Below, one piece after another: positions 1-15,440 of a stretch of 64,000 nt of DNA. Each line of letters begins with the position of its first letter. Position 1 is the stretch's first letter. The DNA lies in the NCBI RefSeq assembly GCF_009914755.1, contig NC_060925.1. The stretch is one strand, 5' to 3'. The stretch is from the human T2T-CHM13v2.0 reference genome, Homo sapiens. The position numbers and the translations under genes are program-made. The notes under the pieces were generated by a model, which worked only from the letters and a program-made list of their open reading frames with translations, made no database searches and was not told the origin of the DNA.

Positions 1-958
1 GTTGATGCTATTCGGTAACTTCAAAAGTCTCATCAATTCACTAAGGATGGAAGTTTCCTAACTCATCCTCTTTTACATGATGCATTTGTTTACCATCTTT
101 TTCCCAAATGTGACATTTTCCAAAGATTCTTTTAAAATTTTAATTCAAATTGCATCAACTGGCTATCATGAGTGACCACTAGAAAAATGACAATGGTAAT
201 TTCTTTAACCCAGTTCCTTTCTTACTTCAGATGATGCCGCTGTTAATAGATAACTCCACACTGTGTTCATTTGTTGTAGTATTTTCTGCTCATTACCAAC
301 AGGCACATACTGACCACAGAAATAATAACATTTTGTCTCCATCTGGTATTTATGTTATGCATGCTTGTAAAATTCAAAGTCCTAAATGCGTGAAGCAAGA
401 TGAGTCTCCTTGAGCCATTGGTGATCTTTCCTTCTCTCTCGGGAACCCCCATCTTCTTTCCCGTAAGTTCTAGTGTCCTCACCTTTGAGCTGGCAGGCTT
501 TTAGAATACCCTAGGACTTTCCTCTGTTGCCCCTCTACCCTTGTCCAAAGAAGCTTCTTTCCATTTCCCTCTTCTATAGGACTTTTTCTTCTGTGTATAT
601 TGTGGTTGCTCAATAAATAATGGTTGACTGACTAGTTTGTATCTGTTACACTGCCTCACTTTCTTTTTCCTCAAGCACCACTTCCTACAGACACCTACTT
701 GATAAAATGCCTCTATAAAGCTATCATCATGAATACATTTGCTCATATTTGGCAAATATGCTTAAAGTTACAGACAAAGGGATGAAGTGGGTTAGGGTGA
801 TGAGAGAGTAACCAGAAAGCCCTCCATTGAGTTAAACCAAAGAAAGTCCCATTTAAACTTAAATACACATTGTGAGCCATAAAATCAGTACTTCCAAAGG
901 TTCTTGGTCTATCCCATATGACAGATGATCAGCAGGTACATTTTAAGAGGCGCCACGT

Positions 959-1068
959 GAACCCGGGAAGCGGAGCTTGCAGTGAGCCGAGATTGCGCCA
1001 CTGCAGTCCGCAGTCCGACCTGGGCGACAGAGCGAGACTCCGTCTCAAAAAAAAAAAAAAAAAAAAAA
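959..1068 (+). mobile_element. AluYb8-lineage element, 5'-truncated (end of right arm only)
   Basis: Diagnostic CAGTCCG-CAGTCCG duplication, GGAAGCGGAG and GAGATTGCG; pure A tail; perfect 14-bp TSD AAGAGGCGCCACGT (945-958, 1067-1080) after TTTT. Confidence 0.95.
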
Positions 1069-1188
1069 GAGGCGCCACGTCCACAATCCACAAAGATTTC
1101 TCTTTCAGAAACACTAGTTAAAAAGCCAAAAAACAAAAACCCCACCACATTCATCTCCTTGCTAAGCTTAGAAAAACAGGCAAAATGA

Positions 1189-1573
<385 letters not shown>

Positions 1574-2059
1574 TTACAATCTCACTCCTACCCCGAATCA
1601 ACATCAAGATGAACAGTTACCTTCAAGTGCAAATGGAGAGGACCAGGAAGGGATTTGGGGGACTCATAACTGTTGCCCAGTGGCCAGTCATTTCATTTCT
1701 GGAAACATGGTCTTCACATGTATTTATTCTTCTGCCCCACATGGATGTTCCCAAAAACCATTCTGTGTCTCTCCTCCTTTCTGTGTTTTCCCTAAATTCT
1801 ACTATGGCAGTCTGGGCACACATCCAACATCAGTGAACGAAAACCTCTTCATGCAGTCCAGGTTCAGCATTGCATACCAGCAGTTAAATGCTGTCTTCCC
1901 CGTCACACATCCAAACAAGAGCATATACAATATCAATAAGCTGTTCCTTTAATCTTCCCAGCACTATCGAGGTGTTTATATTTGTATGGGACATTTAAGC
2001 AATTCTAGCCAATGGGCTTTTGCGTTAGGGTAGGCCCCAGGCAGGGAGCAGCCTCAATT

Positions 2060-2078
2060 GGAAACAGGAACTGAAAGT
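2060..2078. promoter_or_regulatory. ETS-IRF composite (EICE)-like site upstream of copy E
   Basis: GGAAACAGGAACTGAAAGT contains GGAAnnGAAA at 2067-2076, about 400 bp 5' of the copy E ATG; motif match only. Confidence 0.3.
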
Positions 2079-3299
2079 GTTCTTGGTAAAACTCTCCCTC
2101 TGCCCAAATCGAGCTGTCTAACTCAATGCCTGACCTTCTTTAAACAGGTCACCTCAGAATTATGGAGCAGTTTGATAAGCTGGACTATACTAATTTATTG
2201 GCCATTAAAAAAAGAGGAAATTTTATTATGAATTATTCTGCTTTCTTGAAAACTTTTTTTATAATTAAAAACATCTGGGAGGCATTTTAATATATCATAA
2301 ACAAGAGGAAATCCAAAGCACGTGACTTCTAAGAAAATGATGCAAATAGAATTCCTTGCCAAAATTTACTGTAATCTGTTTTGCTTTTTTTTTTCCGGGG
2401 TGGGAGTATAGAGGCGGAGGATTCAAGAAAGGAGGGCAAGTGAGAATAGCATTGAGCATTCTGCAGAGAAAACAGTTATTTCAAATTTACTCTACTGATA
2501 GTTTTTGCCAGTGTTAGAAGGCATTACACATTGGCAGAGCCTCTGAAATATATTTGGTTTGTTTTTAACAATTAGTCATTTTACTGGTCATTTTTTTTCT
2601 GAAATGGACAAATAAATAAACACAAACTGCATTAGGAGGTTGTAGTAAGATGTAGAATCAGAAAGGATACATCTTTCAGGGTGAACTTAGGTAAAGAACA
2701 GATTATTTGCTTAGTGTTTTACTCTTTCTATACCCATTTTTTATTGGTATAATGGCATAATAAGGTTACATGCATTTCTAATAGGTATCACCTGAAATTG
2801 ATGCTGCTACATATAATACTTCAGATATTTCCCAATTTGTCTTTCATAAGAAAGGAAATAGGCTAGCTTAAAATATAAATGATATGTTTGAGGACTTTCT
2901 TCTTTAGTTTAAACATGGAGCTATATGAAAAATAAGCATCAAGCTCAAGAATTGCATTGTTTTAAAACTGTGTATAACACACCCTGCAACACCCACACGC
3001 TCACCCTTCCATAAAACAGACTTAGCAATAACAATGTGGCTAATGCTTACCTTATTTGGCTTCCAAATATTGGATATACACTTAATAATTCCATGAAAAT
3101 AACAACATTGTTTGGTGTAGAGTATATTTTAAGTATACAAATAGTTTATAAAAACTCACTGCAGTACTCTAAATCTGTAATTATACAAAGTATGTGAAAC
3201 AATAAGTGCCATTTTAAAAGACACAGGAACTTCTTATTTTCCTGAATAAATTCCAGATTTGGTTTTGAGGGAAAAGCACGGAACCTGAAGGAACATCAC

Positions 3300-3500
3300 A
3301 ATGTGTTCAAATCATGACCTTGCACTTTATAGCAGTGACTTCTTTGAGTTTCATGTTCCTCATCTCTAAGATGCAAATAATAGTACCTATATTTTCTAAG
3401 AATTAAATGAGATAATATATACAAAGGACCTGGTAAAGTTTCTGGAACATAATGGAGTATTGAGTGATAGCTGCTATTATTATTATTATTATTATTATTA
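3300..3500 (+). mobile_element. MIR with (ATT)n tail
   Basis: MIR core TTCCTCATCT..AATAGTACCT..ATTAAATGAGATAAT. Confidence 0.75.
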
Positions 3501-4649
3501 TTGATACTGTTGGTATTAATATTATTGTCCAAATATTCTCATAAACGACCAGCTTGTGGCAAGACATTTTGGTTTTTGTTCTCATTTTATTTTGGGGGGT
3601 TGCTATTCTGTCTTGCCTCTTTCTGTTCAAGAGGTTGATCATTTGATTGAATGATAGACTCATCCCTTCTTCATATTTTGCCATGTGGATGTGGGCTCTG
3701 ACCGACATGCAGACACATTAGAAGAGTTAGATGTCCTAACATTCAAGAATGTTTTTGTCTATGTAGGGGAGCAATTAACTCTAAAACATCTATTCACTTA
3801 ATACTGACATTGTGAGTGATGCTGAAGATAAGAAATGAGTGAGACAACTTTCCTGCTAGGCTAGAGGAGTTCGAGGAGTATTTGTCTCTCTGAGCATAGG
3901 TAGAAGTATAAACAACTGGCTAACTCAAAAGGAGGTCATTTATGTTGACTGTGAGGTTTGCGGGGTAGGTCAGCGGCCAAGGTATACTTGAATGCAATGT
4001 GGAATACTGAAATTAAATTCATAAAGGTCAGCTAGGGTCCTATTTACAAATATCTGTAAAGAAAAAATATTTATAGAAAAATGTTATGAATTAATTAAGG
4101 CAATGAAGGATCATGAGGGAAAATGTAACAACTTTACATTTTCCAAATCATTAGAGCCAGCTATGGTTTTATATTCCAACTGTATAATTGTCTGAAGTGA
4201 AGCATTGAGCAAGTTATATAACCTTTCTTAGCTTTGATTTCCTCACCTGAATAAAGTAAATAATCATATGTATTTAGGGTGTTAAGAATTTGGCAGGTGG
4301 TAGCATTCAATAATAATGTCTGTTGTTGGTCATTATTATTATCATCATTAAGAAGGCCTAAGGACTTATTGAATTTACAAATCATTTTTCTGCAATTAAA
4401 ATATAATTCATATCATTTATAGATTTATACATTCCTTCTACATTGTTATGAAATTTAGCTGGTGTGTGGTCATTAGCCATGGAGATAAATTTCTGCAGTA
4501 TTTTTAAAAATATTTATTATTATATGTGTTGAAAGTTTTAATTATTTACTAATTTCCAAGAAGTTTATTAAAATATATAAAGTTTAGCACTTTCAAAGAC
4601 AACATTCAGTATTCTACAAACTTTATGTTAAACTAATGTTAAAAAAAAA

Positions 4650-5500
4650 GCATCGTTTAACACCGATATCTGAAGTATATGATAATGATTATATTTACCA
4701 CTCTTCTGACTCCTCTTTCGTTAATAGGAACACAAAACAACCAGCCTGAAGAATAATTACTCAACTACAGATTAGTGAGCAAAAGCAAAACTTTTAGTAC
4801 CAAGGAAATTACAAGGCTAATTTGCATTGACTGGTTTAAACAACAGTCTGCCAACCACACTAATCTTAGAAAATATTACACATAGAAATGAAAGGAATAA
4901 AGGTAAAATAATGTTTTTTTAACATTCATATTTTAGAATCATATATCTCGAAATAGATTATCAGATGTGTTAATGGGCCTATTTCATTTTAACACAATAC
5001 CAAAAAAAGTTTGTGGAAGCTGCACTTTAAAAGGCTTTTGTGAGCCCAAATCCAATAATTATTAGCTACACAAGAGGAAGAGAGCACATTAAAGCCTAAC
5101 ATGAGAGAGGTATATTTAGTAGACCCAGGGATTTCATCATAAGTATTGCGGTGAGGAATGTAGTGTAACAAAAATTAAAGCAATCAACTGCAGACAAAAT
5201 ACTAATATTTAATAAAAATATGCTGCTTTGAGAGAAGCAAAGTAATATATACTAGTAGATATAAAGGAAATATTAATAGTTAGTTCACCAATTCTGTTTA
5301 AGCCCTGATGTGTTATCTACAACCTTCATGGGATTCAGAAATGCCTTTTTCTCATTTTGCATTTTGTCCTATGGTGATATTCTTTAAATTACAGTATCTG
5401 TCCTATGGTTTACCAATGGTATTGTCAACCAGTCTGTGTACATACATTTTGAAGAGATTCTTAGTTTTTGCTAGTGGAGCTATTTCCAGATCAGAGAGTA
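4650..5500 (-). pseudogene. Possible further TLR-like fragment (copy M, LRR-CT region)
   Basis: ORF 4989-5171(-) reads KYTSL..VLSSSCVANNYWIWA, resembling LRR-CT CxCxNxWxxxW; weak downstream GWL; few anchors. Confidence 0.28.
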
Positions 5501-5964
5501 AAACGACAAAGAAATCTCTCAGACCAATGTTTAAAAACAAACAAAAATAGGAAAACAAACAAACAAACAAACAAACACATCGACAACCAAAACTCTCTAG
5601 AATTAGAACAAAGTAAGTCTATTTAGAACAAAGTGAATATATTCAACGGTCACTAGCTGTAACCTTATGTACTTAAGGACTTAAGGATGTCAGCCATCAT
5701 TTAACAGATAAACAAGGATAAAACAAATTTAAGGAAGTTACTCAAACTGCCCATGTTAAAGTATTACTGCTCTAAGAGGTCATCAGTAAATTTTAAAACA
5801 GTGCCCAATTACTCTTTCTCTGTGTTCAGTTGCTGATGCTATCTGCCAAGATATAGTCAAAGTCTGTAAATGTAAATAAATAAACCAATAAAACCCTTGG
5901 GGAAAAAGTTATTAACCTACAACACAGTGATCTTATAACTTGGAAAAATAAACTTTTGAAAATA

Positions 5965-6306
5965 CAGAAGTCTCCCCTTATCCACGGTTTCACTTCCTAT
6001 GGTTTCAGTTACCCTTGGTCAACCATGGTCTGAAAATAGGTGAGTACAATACAATATGATATCTTGAATAGTCACATTCACAGTCACATAAATTTTGTTA
6101 CAATATATTGTTATAATTGTGCTATTTTATTTGTGTTATTGTTGTTTGTTAATCTCTTACTGTACCTAATTTATAAATTAAACTTTATCCTAGGTATGTA
6201 CGTATAGGAAAAAGCATAGTATATATAAAGTTTAGTACTATCTGCAATTTCAGGCATCTACTGGGGGTCTTGGAATGTGTCCCCCATGGATAAGGGGTGA
6301 CTACTA
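5965..6306 (-). mobile_element. MER44/Tigger7-type DNA transposon (short)
   Basis: TIRs CAGAAGTCTCCCCTTATCC / GGATAAGGGGTGACTACTA, TA flanks. Confidence 0.85.
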
Positions 6307-7544
6307 TAAACTTGCAAAATAATAGTAGGAACAGTGTTCATCTTTCTATCTATGGTGTTGATAAAAACACAGCCAGTGTGGTTCATTGATTTAATGAAAT
6401 AATGTTGAGCCAAGCAGGGTGTTGGGGTTTTTTTGGAGAATAAGACAGACGTGGGCTCTGTACTCATAGAGTTTATAGTCTAAATCTCCCTTCATATCTT
6501 CCCTTTAATAGCCAGGGAAACAATCATCCAGCCATATAAACTCTGCCTGGAATGTAAAGAGCAAGAGCATGCACCATCGGAAATAATGTTGCAGAGGTGG
6601 GAAATCTGAAGATTCAGAGATAAACCTAATCTTAGCAGTAGTCCTCAATTTCTCAATGAGTAATATTACAAATCAGAGAAAATGTCTAATTTCTTCCTTC
6701 GTTATAACGTGAAAATATGAGACGGTACTAGGTAATTTTGAAAGGAAATATGCTGTATAAATCTCGGGTGTTCTCCATATCAAATGAGTCAACACGTTTT
6801 GATTGCACGACCATTAGACACAAGAAGAAATTCATCATGCCCTAGCCCATTTATTTTAAATGGAATATAGCATATTCACTGGAAATCTTAATAAAAGGCA
6901 GAGAATAATAAATCCTACTATGAAAGTAAAACACTCTAGGATGGGTCCTCAGAAGATGAAAAAAGATATTTTGACAGAAGAAGTTGGCTTTGGGCTGAAA
7001 TTTGACATAGAGGTAAGATTTAGTGTGTGGAAGTGACAAAGCAGGGACATCCAGGAAAAAAAAAAATAGACACAGGATCAAAAAGGCCTCTATTTAGTCA
7101 GTTGAAAAGTTTCATCCTCCAAATTTTGCAAAGTACTATTTATGATTCAGGTACAAGCTAGGAGCTCAGGATTCTGAGGTCTGTGACAGGAATACTGAGA
7201 GACAGGCTACAGTGGGATTGGGAGCCAGATTATGGGTGATCTTTACTGAAAATTAATGACTCTTAACCTTGGTCAGCAAGGAGAATCACTGAAAACTTTT
7301 GATTATAGTCTGAGCTGGTCCTTAAGAAGATTAATTTACCAGCATTTGCCCAGTGGATTAGTGATAAAGAAAGCACTGGAGAGCAATCTGGTAAGAATTA
7401 GTCCAGGAGTAATGGAGGTGGTAAGGTTTGGACTGATCTAAAAATTAAAGGATTTGACATTGAATAGATTTAGGACATGAGGGAAAAAAAATTACTTCCA
7501 AAGTTTCAGACTCAGGGTGACTGGGAGGGTGGTATGACAGTATT

Positions 7545-7726
7545 CAGCAGTGTGCTAGAAACATGTTCAAAAATCAGCCTTTAGAAAAGAAAAGAAACCC
7601 CTGATTTGTAGCATTTGCCATTATCTGTGGTGTAAATACTCCCCACATGGCTGACTTCAGGGCTGGGGAGACATGCAAACCATAAGCCCTCAGAAACTGG
7701 TGTGAGCCAGCTCCAGCACAACACTC
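7545..7726. mobile_element. MER63-like hAT element inside L2 fragments
   Basis: Termini CAGCAGTGTGCT.. / ..GCCAGCTCCAGCACAACACT; internal GTGGTGTAAATACTCCC. Confidence 0.65.
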
Positions 7727-7904
7727 CTAGAAGCATTCTCAGGACGTGAAGAGGAGGAGATCTGAGAAGGATGTCAGGGACTTCAGCTTTGAATTTAAAG
7801 TTAAAATTAAAGTGATTGGTGGGAGCTCCTAAATGGCATTATTCGGCAAACAGTCAGAAATTCTGGATTGTAGTCCAGTGGAGAAGTCAGTTGGAGACAG
7901 AGAG

Positions 7905-7906
<2 letters not shown>

Positions 7907-7952
<46 letters not shown>
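7907..7952. repeat. (GT)n microsatellite
   Basis: About 22 perfect units. Confidence 0.97.
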
Positions 7953-7954
<2 letters not shown>

Positions 7955-9199
7955 TTATGTTTAGGGGTTGTCTGCATAGAAATAATACTCAAAGTGCATA
8001 CAATTACTTACAGAGAGAATGCAAAGAGAGAAACACTGGCGATAATTACAGAATCTTAGAAAATAGCTGTATTTAGAAAGCAAGAGGAGGCAGAAAAAGA
8101 ATAGTCTGGAGGGATAGGAGGCAAATCAGAAGAGTCCTACATTTTATCAACCAAGGAAAAAAACATTTTAAGAGGATGTGGTTAAAGTGTCAAGGATGGT
8201 TGTGAGGTCAAGGAGAATTAAATTGAAATAATCATTGAGTGTGTCTTTTTAGGCCACTGGAACTCTGAAGGAAGCAGTTTCAGTAGAGTTGTGGATTGAG
8301 AGAGAGTTTTAGCGATGTATACATATTCTCATTTTTCCAGTAAACTTGGCAGTGAAAGGAATAAGAAAAGATGAAAGAATAGCATCTCTTTTTTTGAGTT
8401 ATTATTATTTCAATGGAAATGTAGCTGCAATATTAGAAGAAAAACAAACCCTTGTAAGCCTCACTAGTAGCAAGAATGGCTTTATTCCAAAGTCAGAAAT
8501 GTGCGGCCCCATCAGGGCTGACCCTTGGGCTGCCTGTTACGAGCTATGAGCCTCGCTTGGTCAGACCACTGGGGAGAAGAAAGACTCATGGACAGCTGTG
8601 ACCAAGCAAACAGAAGCAGTGGAATGAGCCAATATCAGTCACTGAAGAGGAAGAATATGACGAAGCATTTGCTTTATGAAAAATACGGGGGTGGGGGGAA
8701 AAAGGAAGGCAATGCCAAGAACAAATATCTGAAAATACATTTTTCTAGAATGACTTGTGGTCTTCATTCAATTTAAAGCTTTACATAAGAGAGTTGTCCT
8801 CTGAACCTACAATGCTTATTTCCCAAGTCATTCCCCATGTTGTTTTCTTCTTGCCTGGAACAGTCTTCCCTGACACATATTATTTTCAAGTTCCTCAGAT
8901 AACCTACACCTTTTTACCTGTACAAGAAATAATATAGAACAATAAATATCTATCAAGTAACTATTTCAAGCAATGCACACATGTGGACACATTTCTTAGT
9001 CTTCCATTCTATTATGACTATTTAATGTATGCATTTTGTTACTTACATTTGAAGAGCTATGACCTTGTTTATTCCTGTTATAAACCTCTCTTCCCTATAT
9101 GGTACACAGAATTAGAGGCTAGTTTAAAAAGTATTAACTGATGCTTGTTGAATTGGATTGAAATAAAAACAAATGAACAGATTTTTATTGAAATCTTAA

Positions 9200-10370
<1,171 letters not shown>

Positions 10371-11547
10371 AGAAGGAGAAAGGGCAGCATGACATGCTCA
10401 GGCAGAGAAAGTGGCAGTGTGGAAGAGATCTACAAGTTCTGTTATGGATCCAGGAGGCATGGGAAGGCAGAATTGAGACACAATCGACCTTCAACGGGAC
10501 CACTGTGGTGAGGCTAGGAGCAGATGAAAGGAAGCTGACCAGAGATTATGCACAATGAAGAACTGAGTAGGCCAGTGAAACTTGAGCTAGACATTTCCTT
10601 GAAGTTCACCAGACGTAAATTTCAGCCACAGCACAATGCCTATCCCTCTCCACTACTCCCTGGCAAAAAGCATTATCAGCAACAATTTGGTGGCCATTAG
10701 TGTCAGATGCCTAGTGACTGGAGGAGACCAGACTGCTTTTGTCAGATCATAGACCAGCAAAGATGTGAAGGACAGCTTGAAACACTTCTTCCTCTTGGCA
10801 AGCAGGACACAAAAGCTTTTCCATGGATCCAGGTACCATCTTGAATAATGGAAAGGGAGGAGATCACTAAGAAGAAGCTAGACTATAAATTAGCTGAATA
10901 TTTATCCAAAATACTTTGTTTTAAATGCCCAAGTCTGGGATTTCTTACCAAGTTTAAGTTTGTACTCCCCAATACCCAAATGGGATAGTGGGATTTGAAA
11001 GTTTAGACTAGTCATAAAAAATAAGTGGCAGCAATTCTTTTGCACATTTTGAATCATAGTCTATACATTTTGATATAAAAACTAACAGAAGAGTAAAAAA
11101 TAATTGGAAAATATTGTTTAGTAGATATCATTTTTTACTTCCCATAATGGTTTTTGTCATTTTACATCTTTCCATGAAAAGTGGAGAAAAAAATAATTGA
11201 GAAGAAAGTATTGGTTTTTTTTTTGCCTTGTGCAAGACAGTAAAAGACACAAAGCAGTGAAATTTGAGTACCAGTGGTAAAACAAGGCACGATGTCATAT
11301 GAAAAGGTTCAAGCTAAATTAAAACTGTAATGCTACTTTTAGGAAACTGAGTATAACCCAAAAAATTTTCAGCACCTGAAGCATTTACAAAGGAAAGAAA
11401 GAAGTTTATTTTCTAAAACAAAGTAGCTTCAATATAATAAATTAGGGTAAAATTTATTGAAAATGCAGTGTCTAGAAAGTTGTGTTCATTTAAATCTTGC
11501 TCCAAAGTTGTATTTTTGTTCTAATAGACTTGGAAATGTTAAAATTT

Positions 11548-11764
11548 AGCCATGTGTAATTGTGTATCGCTTAACAACTAGAGCGTGAGTTAAGAGAAAT
11601 ACATCGTTTGGCAATTTCATTTTTGTGTGAACATCATAGAGCATACTTACACAAACCTAGATGGTAGAGCGTACTATATCTGTAGGCTATATGGTATGGC
11701 CTATTGTTCTGACCACCATCATATAGGTAGTCTGTCTTGACGTTGTTATGTAGCACATGATTGT
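11548..11764. mobile_element. Tigger3/MER7-type DNA transposon fragment
   Basis: GAACATCATAGAG..ACTTACACAAACCTAGATGG..GGCTATATGGTAT; ends GTTATGTAGCACATGATTGTA. Confidence 0.82.
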
Positions 11765-11825
11765 ATTTATGTTACTTATTATAACAAATGTTTTATTTTA
11801 TAAGAAAAAGCTTAATTGAGGAAAA

Positions 11826-12420
11826 CTACTATCTCCTTATCTTCATGGGATACTTTTCAAGACCGCCAGTGGATGCCTGAAACTGAGGACGGTACCCAGC
11901 CCTGTATATACTATACACAAATTTATTTTTCTTTCTACAGTTTCATAAATAGAGTATTCATTCTTACTGTGGATCTTAGCAACCTCAGCATATGATTTCT
12001 TTCCTTTCCTTATTAAGTTGAGAACTTTTACCTTTTAGAAAAGTCAAGGAAGCACTTTATGGCTTCTTTTTAGCATATCCAAATTGCCAGCGTCACTACT
12101 CTTGCACTTTGAAACCACTATTTAGTAAAATAAGGGGAACGTGAACACAAGCACTGAGATATGGTGACAGTCAGTCTGATCATCTAGATGGCTACTAAGT
12201 GACTAATGGGTAGGTAGCATGTCTCGCATGGAGACACTGGACAAAAGGAGAACTGGGCGGGGCAGACTGCATGAGACTTCATCAGTTTTAGGAATGGTAC
12301 ACAATTTAGAACCTCTGAATTGTTTATTTCTGGGACTTTCAGTTTAATATTTTTGGGCCATATTTGGCTTTGAGTAACTAAAGCCTCAGAAAGTGAAACC
12401 ATGGATAAGAGGGACCACTG
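11826..12420 (+). mobile_element. MER44/Tigger7-type DNA transposon (long)
   Basis: CAAGACCGCCAGTGGATGCCTGAAAC near the start; terminal GGATAAGAGGGACCACTG-TA. Confidence 0.85.
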
Positions 12421-13312
12421 TATATGAAATTCAGAATTTTGTGACTGTATGATGCCTCGTAGAATGGGCTCATATTCATAAGCCGGACATCTCCAATAAC
12501 CTGTTGGTAGTTACCCAGACAAGAGATGTAGTTTCAAGGACAAGTCCCAAAGCTGTCAGGTGGCAACAAATATCACATAGTAAAGTCATGATTTTATAAG
12601 TAATCTCTATAGGACATTCTGATTATTGTAGAAGTTGACGAAAACTTGTCAAATTTGAGGTGGTTGTTTTTTAAATTATAGAAATAAAATGTTACCTGGA
12701 ATTACTTCTATCTCACTAAAACTTTTGGTTTATTGAAAACAAAATTTTGGAACAGGTAGTGAAAATTTTATATTTATTACTACACAGTTCTTTCGATGCA
12801 GTTGAAAGAGTCATGCATATTTATTGTCATATTATTTTCCTTAAGAAAAAAAGTCACCATTCATAGCTCTGCAAGAACCACATAATGCCACAAATGTTTT
12901 TAAATTTCAATAATAAAAACATTAAAATAACTTGGTAATTGTATCTTCTGTAAAATATTTTCATTCTCAATTCCTTTTTTTTTCTCTACAAAACATTAAG
13001 AAGAATTTTGAAGTTGAAACTTCACCACAGTTGTGCCTTAGGTGAAGAAATGGAAAACTGTAGAATTAAAACCCAGAACGTTAAAGGAAGAAAGACACAT
13101 GAGGTGTATGAATCTGCAAACATATTCACTTTACTATTGATCAGCAAGTGAAAACAAGATTTCAAATTTCTGTCCATTGTTTGATGGGAAAGTTTTCTGC
13201 TTTATTTTTATTAATACTTAATGCTTGCCACCATGCAGCGAAAGAGATCTCATCATTAATTAGTGGAAGCATAATTTGGTGAAACCTTCCTGTAAAGCCC
13301 TTTGAAAATGTG

Positions 13313-14063
13313 AGAAATGCAAATCAAAACCACAATGAGATATCATCTCACACCAGTTAGAATGGCGATCATTAAAAAGTCAGGAAACAACAGGTGCTGG
13401 AGAGGATGTGGAGAAATAGGAACACTTTTACACTGTTGGTGGGACTGTAAACTAGTTCAACCATTGTGGAAGTCAGTGTGGCAATTCCTCAGGGATCTAG
13501 AACTAGAAATACTGTTTGACCCAGCCATCCCCTTACTGGGTATATACCCAAAGGATTATAAATCATGTTGCTATAAAGACACATGCACACGTATGTTTAT
13601 TGCGGCACTATTCACAATAGCAAAGACTTGGAACCAACCCAAATGTCCAACAACGATAGACTGGATTAAGAAAACGTGGCACATATACACCATGGAATAC
13701 TATGCAGCCATAAAAAATGATGAGTTCATGTCCTTTGTAGGGACATGGATGAAACTGGAAACCATCATTCTCAGCAAACTATCGCAAGGACAAAAAACCA
13801 AACACCGCATGTTCTCACTCATAGGTGGGAATTGAACAATGAGAACACATGGACACAGGAAGGGGTACATCACACTCCGGGGACTGTTGTGGGGTCGGGG
13901 GAGGGGGGAGGGATAACATTAGGAGATATACCTAATGTTAAATGATGAGTTAATGGGTGCAGCACACCAATGTGGCACATGTATACATACGTAACAAACC
14001 TGCACATTGTGCACATGTACCCTAAAACTTAAAGTATAATAATAATAAAAAAAAAAAAAAAAA
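13313..14063 (+). mobile_element. 5'-truncated primate L1 (L1PA3/4-like): ORF2 C-terminus, 3'UTR and poly-A
   Basis: ORF 13317-13835 is the ORF2p C-terminus ([18 protein letters not shown] zinc knuckle); G-rich 3'UTR; TSD GAAAATGTG (13304-13312, 14064-14072); nested in an older L1M fragment. Confidence 0.96.
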
Positions 14064-15284
14064 GAAAATGTGCATTGAATGTCTACAAATGTTCACAGGG
14101 CTTAAACCACAATTGCCATACCTGAGACTCCATCTTAAAGACATACAGATAAGTCAATGTTCCATGTACAAGCACTTTCACTACATATTTATTATAATAG
14201 AAAAGTGGAAATAATCTAAATTTGCAAAGATAGGAATCAAATTAAAAAAACAGTTATTTTGTTTTGTTTTGTTTGGCTTGCTTCAGTTTGAAGATGGCAA
14301 TATGGACTCCTGAGTTCAGTTTTCTATTGGACAACATCAAACTTGACATAATGGCCATTTTATGCTGTCATTAATACATTTGTTAATGAAATAGTTTGCT
14401 ATTGGTTAAGAACATGTTATAAGGAGCATATAAAATAGCAGTAAAATGCCAACCATAAAATATTGTGTTTGTATATGTGTGTATTTGGGTGGAAGGGAAA
14501 GAGAAATAGTTCAAAATGCTAATAGAGATTACCTCTCAGTAGTAAGATAATACAGCTTTTGTTGTCTTCTTTAACTTCTCTGAATTTTACAAAATTTCTA
14601 CTATGAGACTTTATTCATTTCAAAGTCAGAAAAAAATAAGATTATTAAAATTAAACACAAAATAAGTCCTGAAAAAAAATCATACCTGGTATATTTTACA
14701 AATAAAATTCAAATTTCCCAAACTCACCTATTTGTGTATAATATTCTCTTATTAAACATTCTCATGAAAATAGAAATGAAGATCAGAAACCTTCCAAAAA
14801 TGATGTTAGATACTGCCCCAAATCATGAATAATGAAAACAATGTTTCACATTTTTATAGAAATCCACATTTTTCAAAGTGGTTAAATGTACATGCATTAT
14901 CTGCCTCTTCTGCCCCCAACTTGTTTCATCAGAGAATCAGAGAGTCTGAGTTGGAAGGAACCCTAGGAGCCAACCAAGTGAAATCCCTCTTAGTGCCAAA
15001 GAGTGTATTATATGACACCCCGAGAGACTCTGTCTTCAACCATGTGAATGTTTCTAAAGCTCATAACACCACAAGTCATTTTTGCTTTCTGGACAGTTCC
15101 GGTTATTATAACGTTCTTCTTATATTGAATATATATACACATATATGGAAAAACTCCAACTGGCTACTTATTTCATACTTCCTTGTAGAAAAAGACATTG
15201 TCCATCTCTAGCCCTGAGCTTCAATTTCTGCCAAAAATTAGGGAAGATAGCTGGCATCAGGAGATGGAGGTTAAAGCTGGTTAC

Positions 15285-15440
15285 TAAAATTGTGATCCAC
15301 AGAACACGTACATCAAACCACCTGAGAACCTTTTGTGAAACAGATTTCCAGGCCCTATCTGAGACCTACTGAACCAGAATATCTGGAGGTAGAGCCCAGG
15401 AATATGCCTTTCCATAAGCTTTCTAATTAATTCTTGGATG
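15285..15440. mobile_element. MER5-like hAT element
   Basis: CCAGGCCCTATCTGAGACCTACTGAACCAGAATATCTGGAGGTAGAGCCCAGGAAT. Confidence 0.7.

Noticed and set aside
13317-13835. 172-aa ORF, the longest in the track
   Set aside because: It is the L1 ORF2p C-terminus within a truncated L1PA, not a host gene.
14825-15211. 128-aa ORF
   Set aside because: Overlaps an old L3/MIR3-like repeat and has no recognisable domain.
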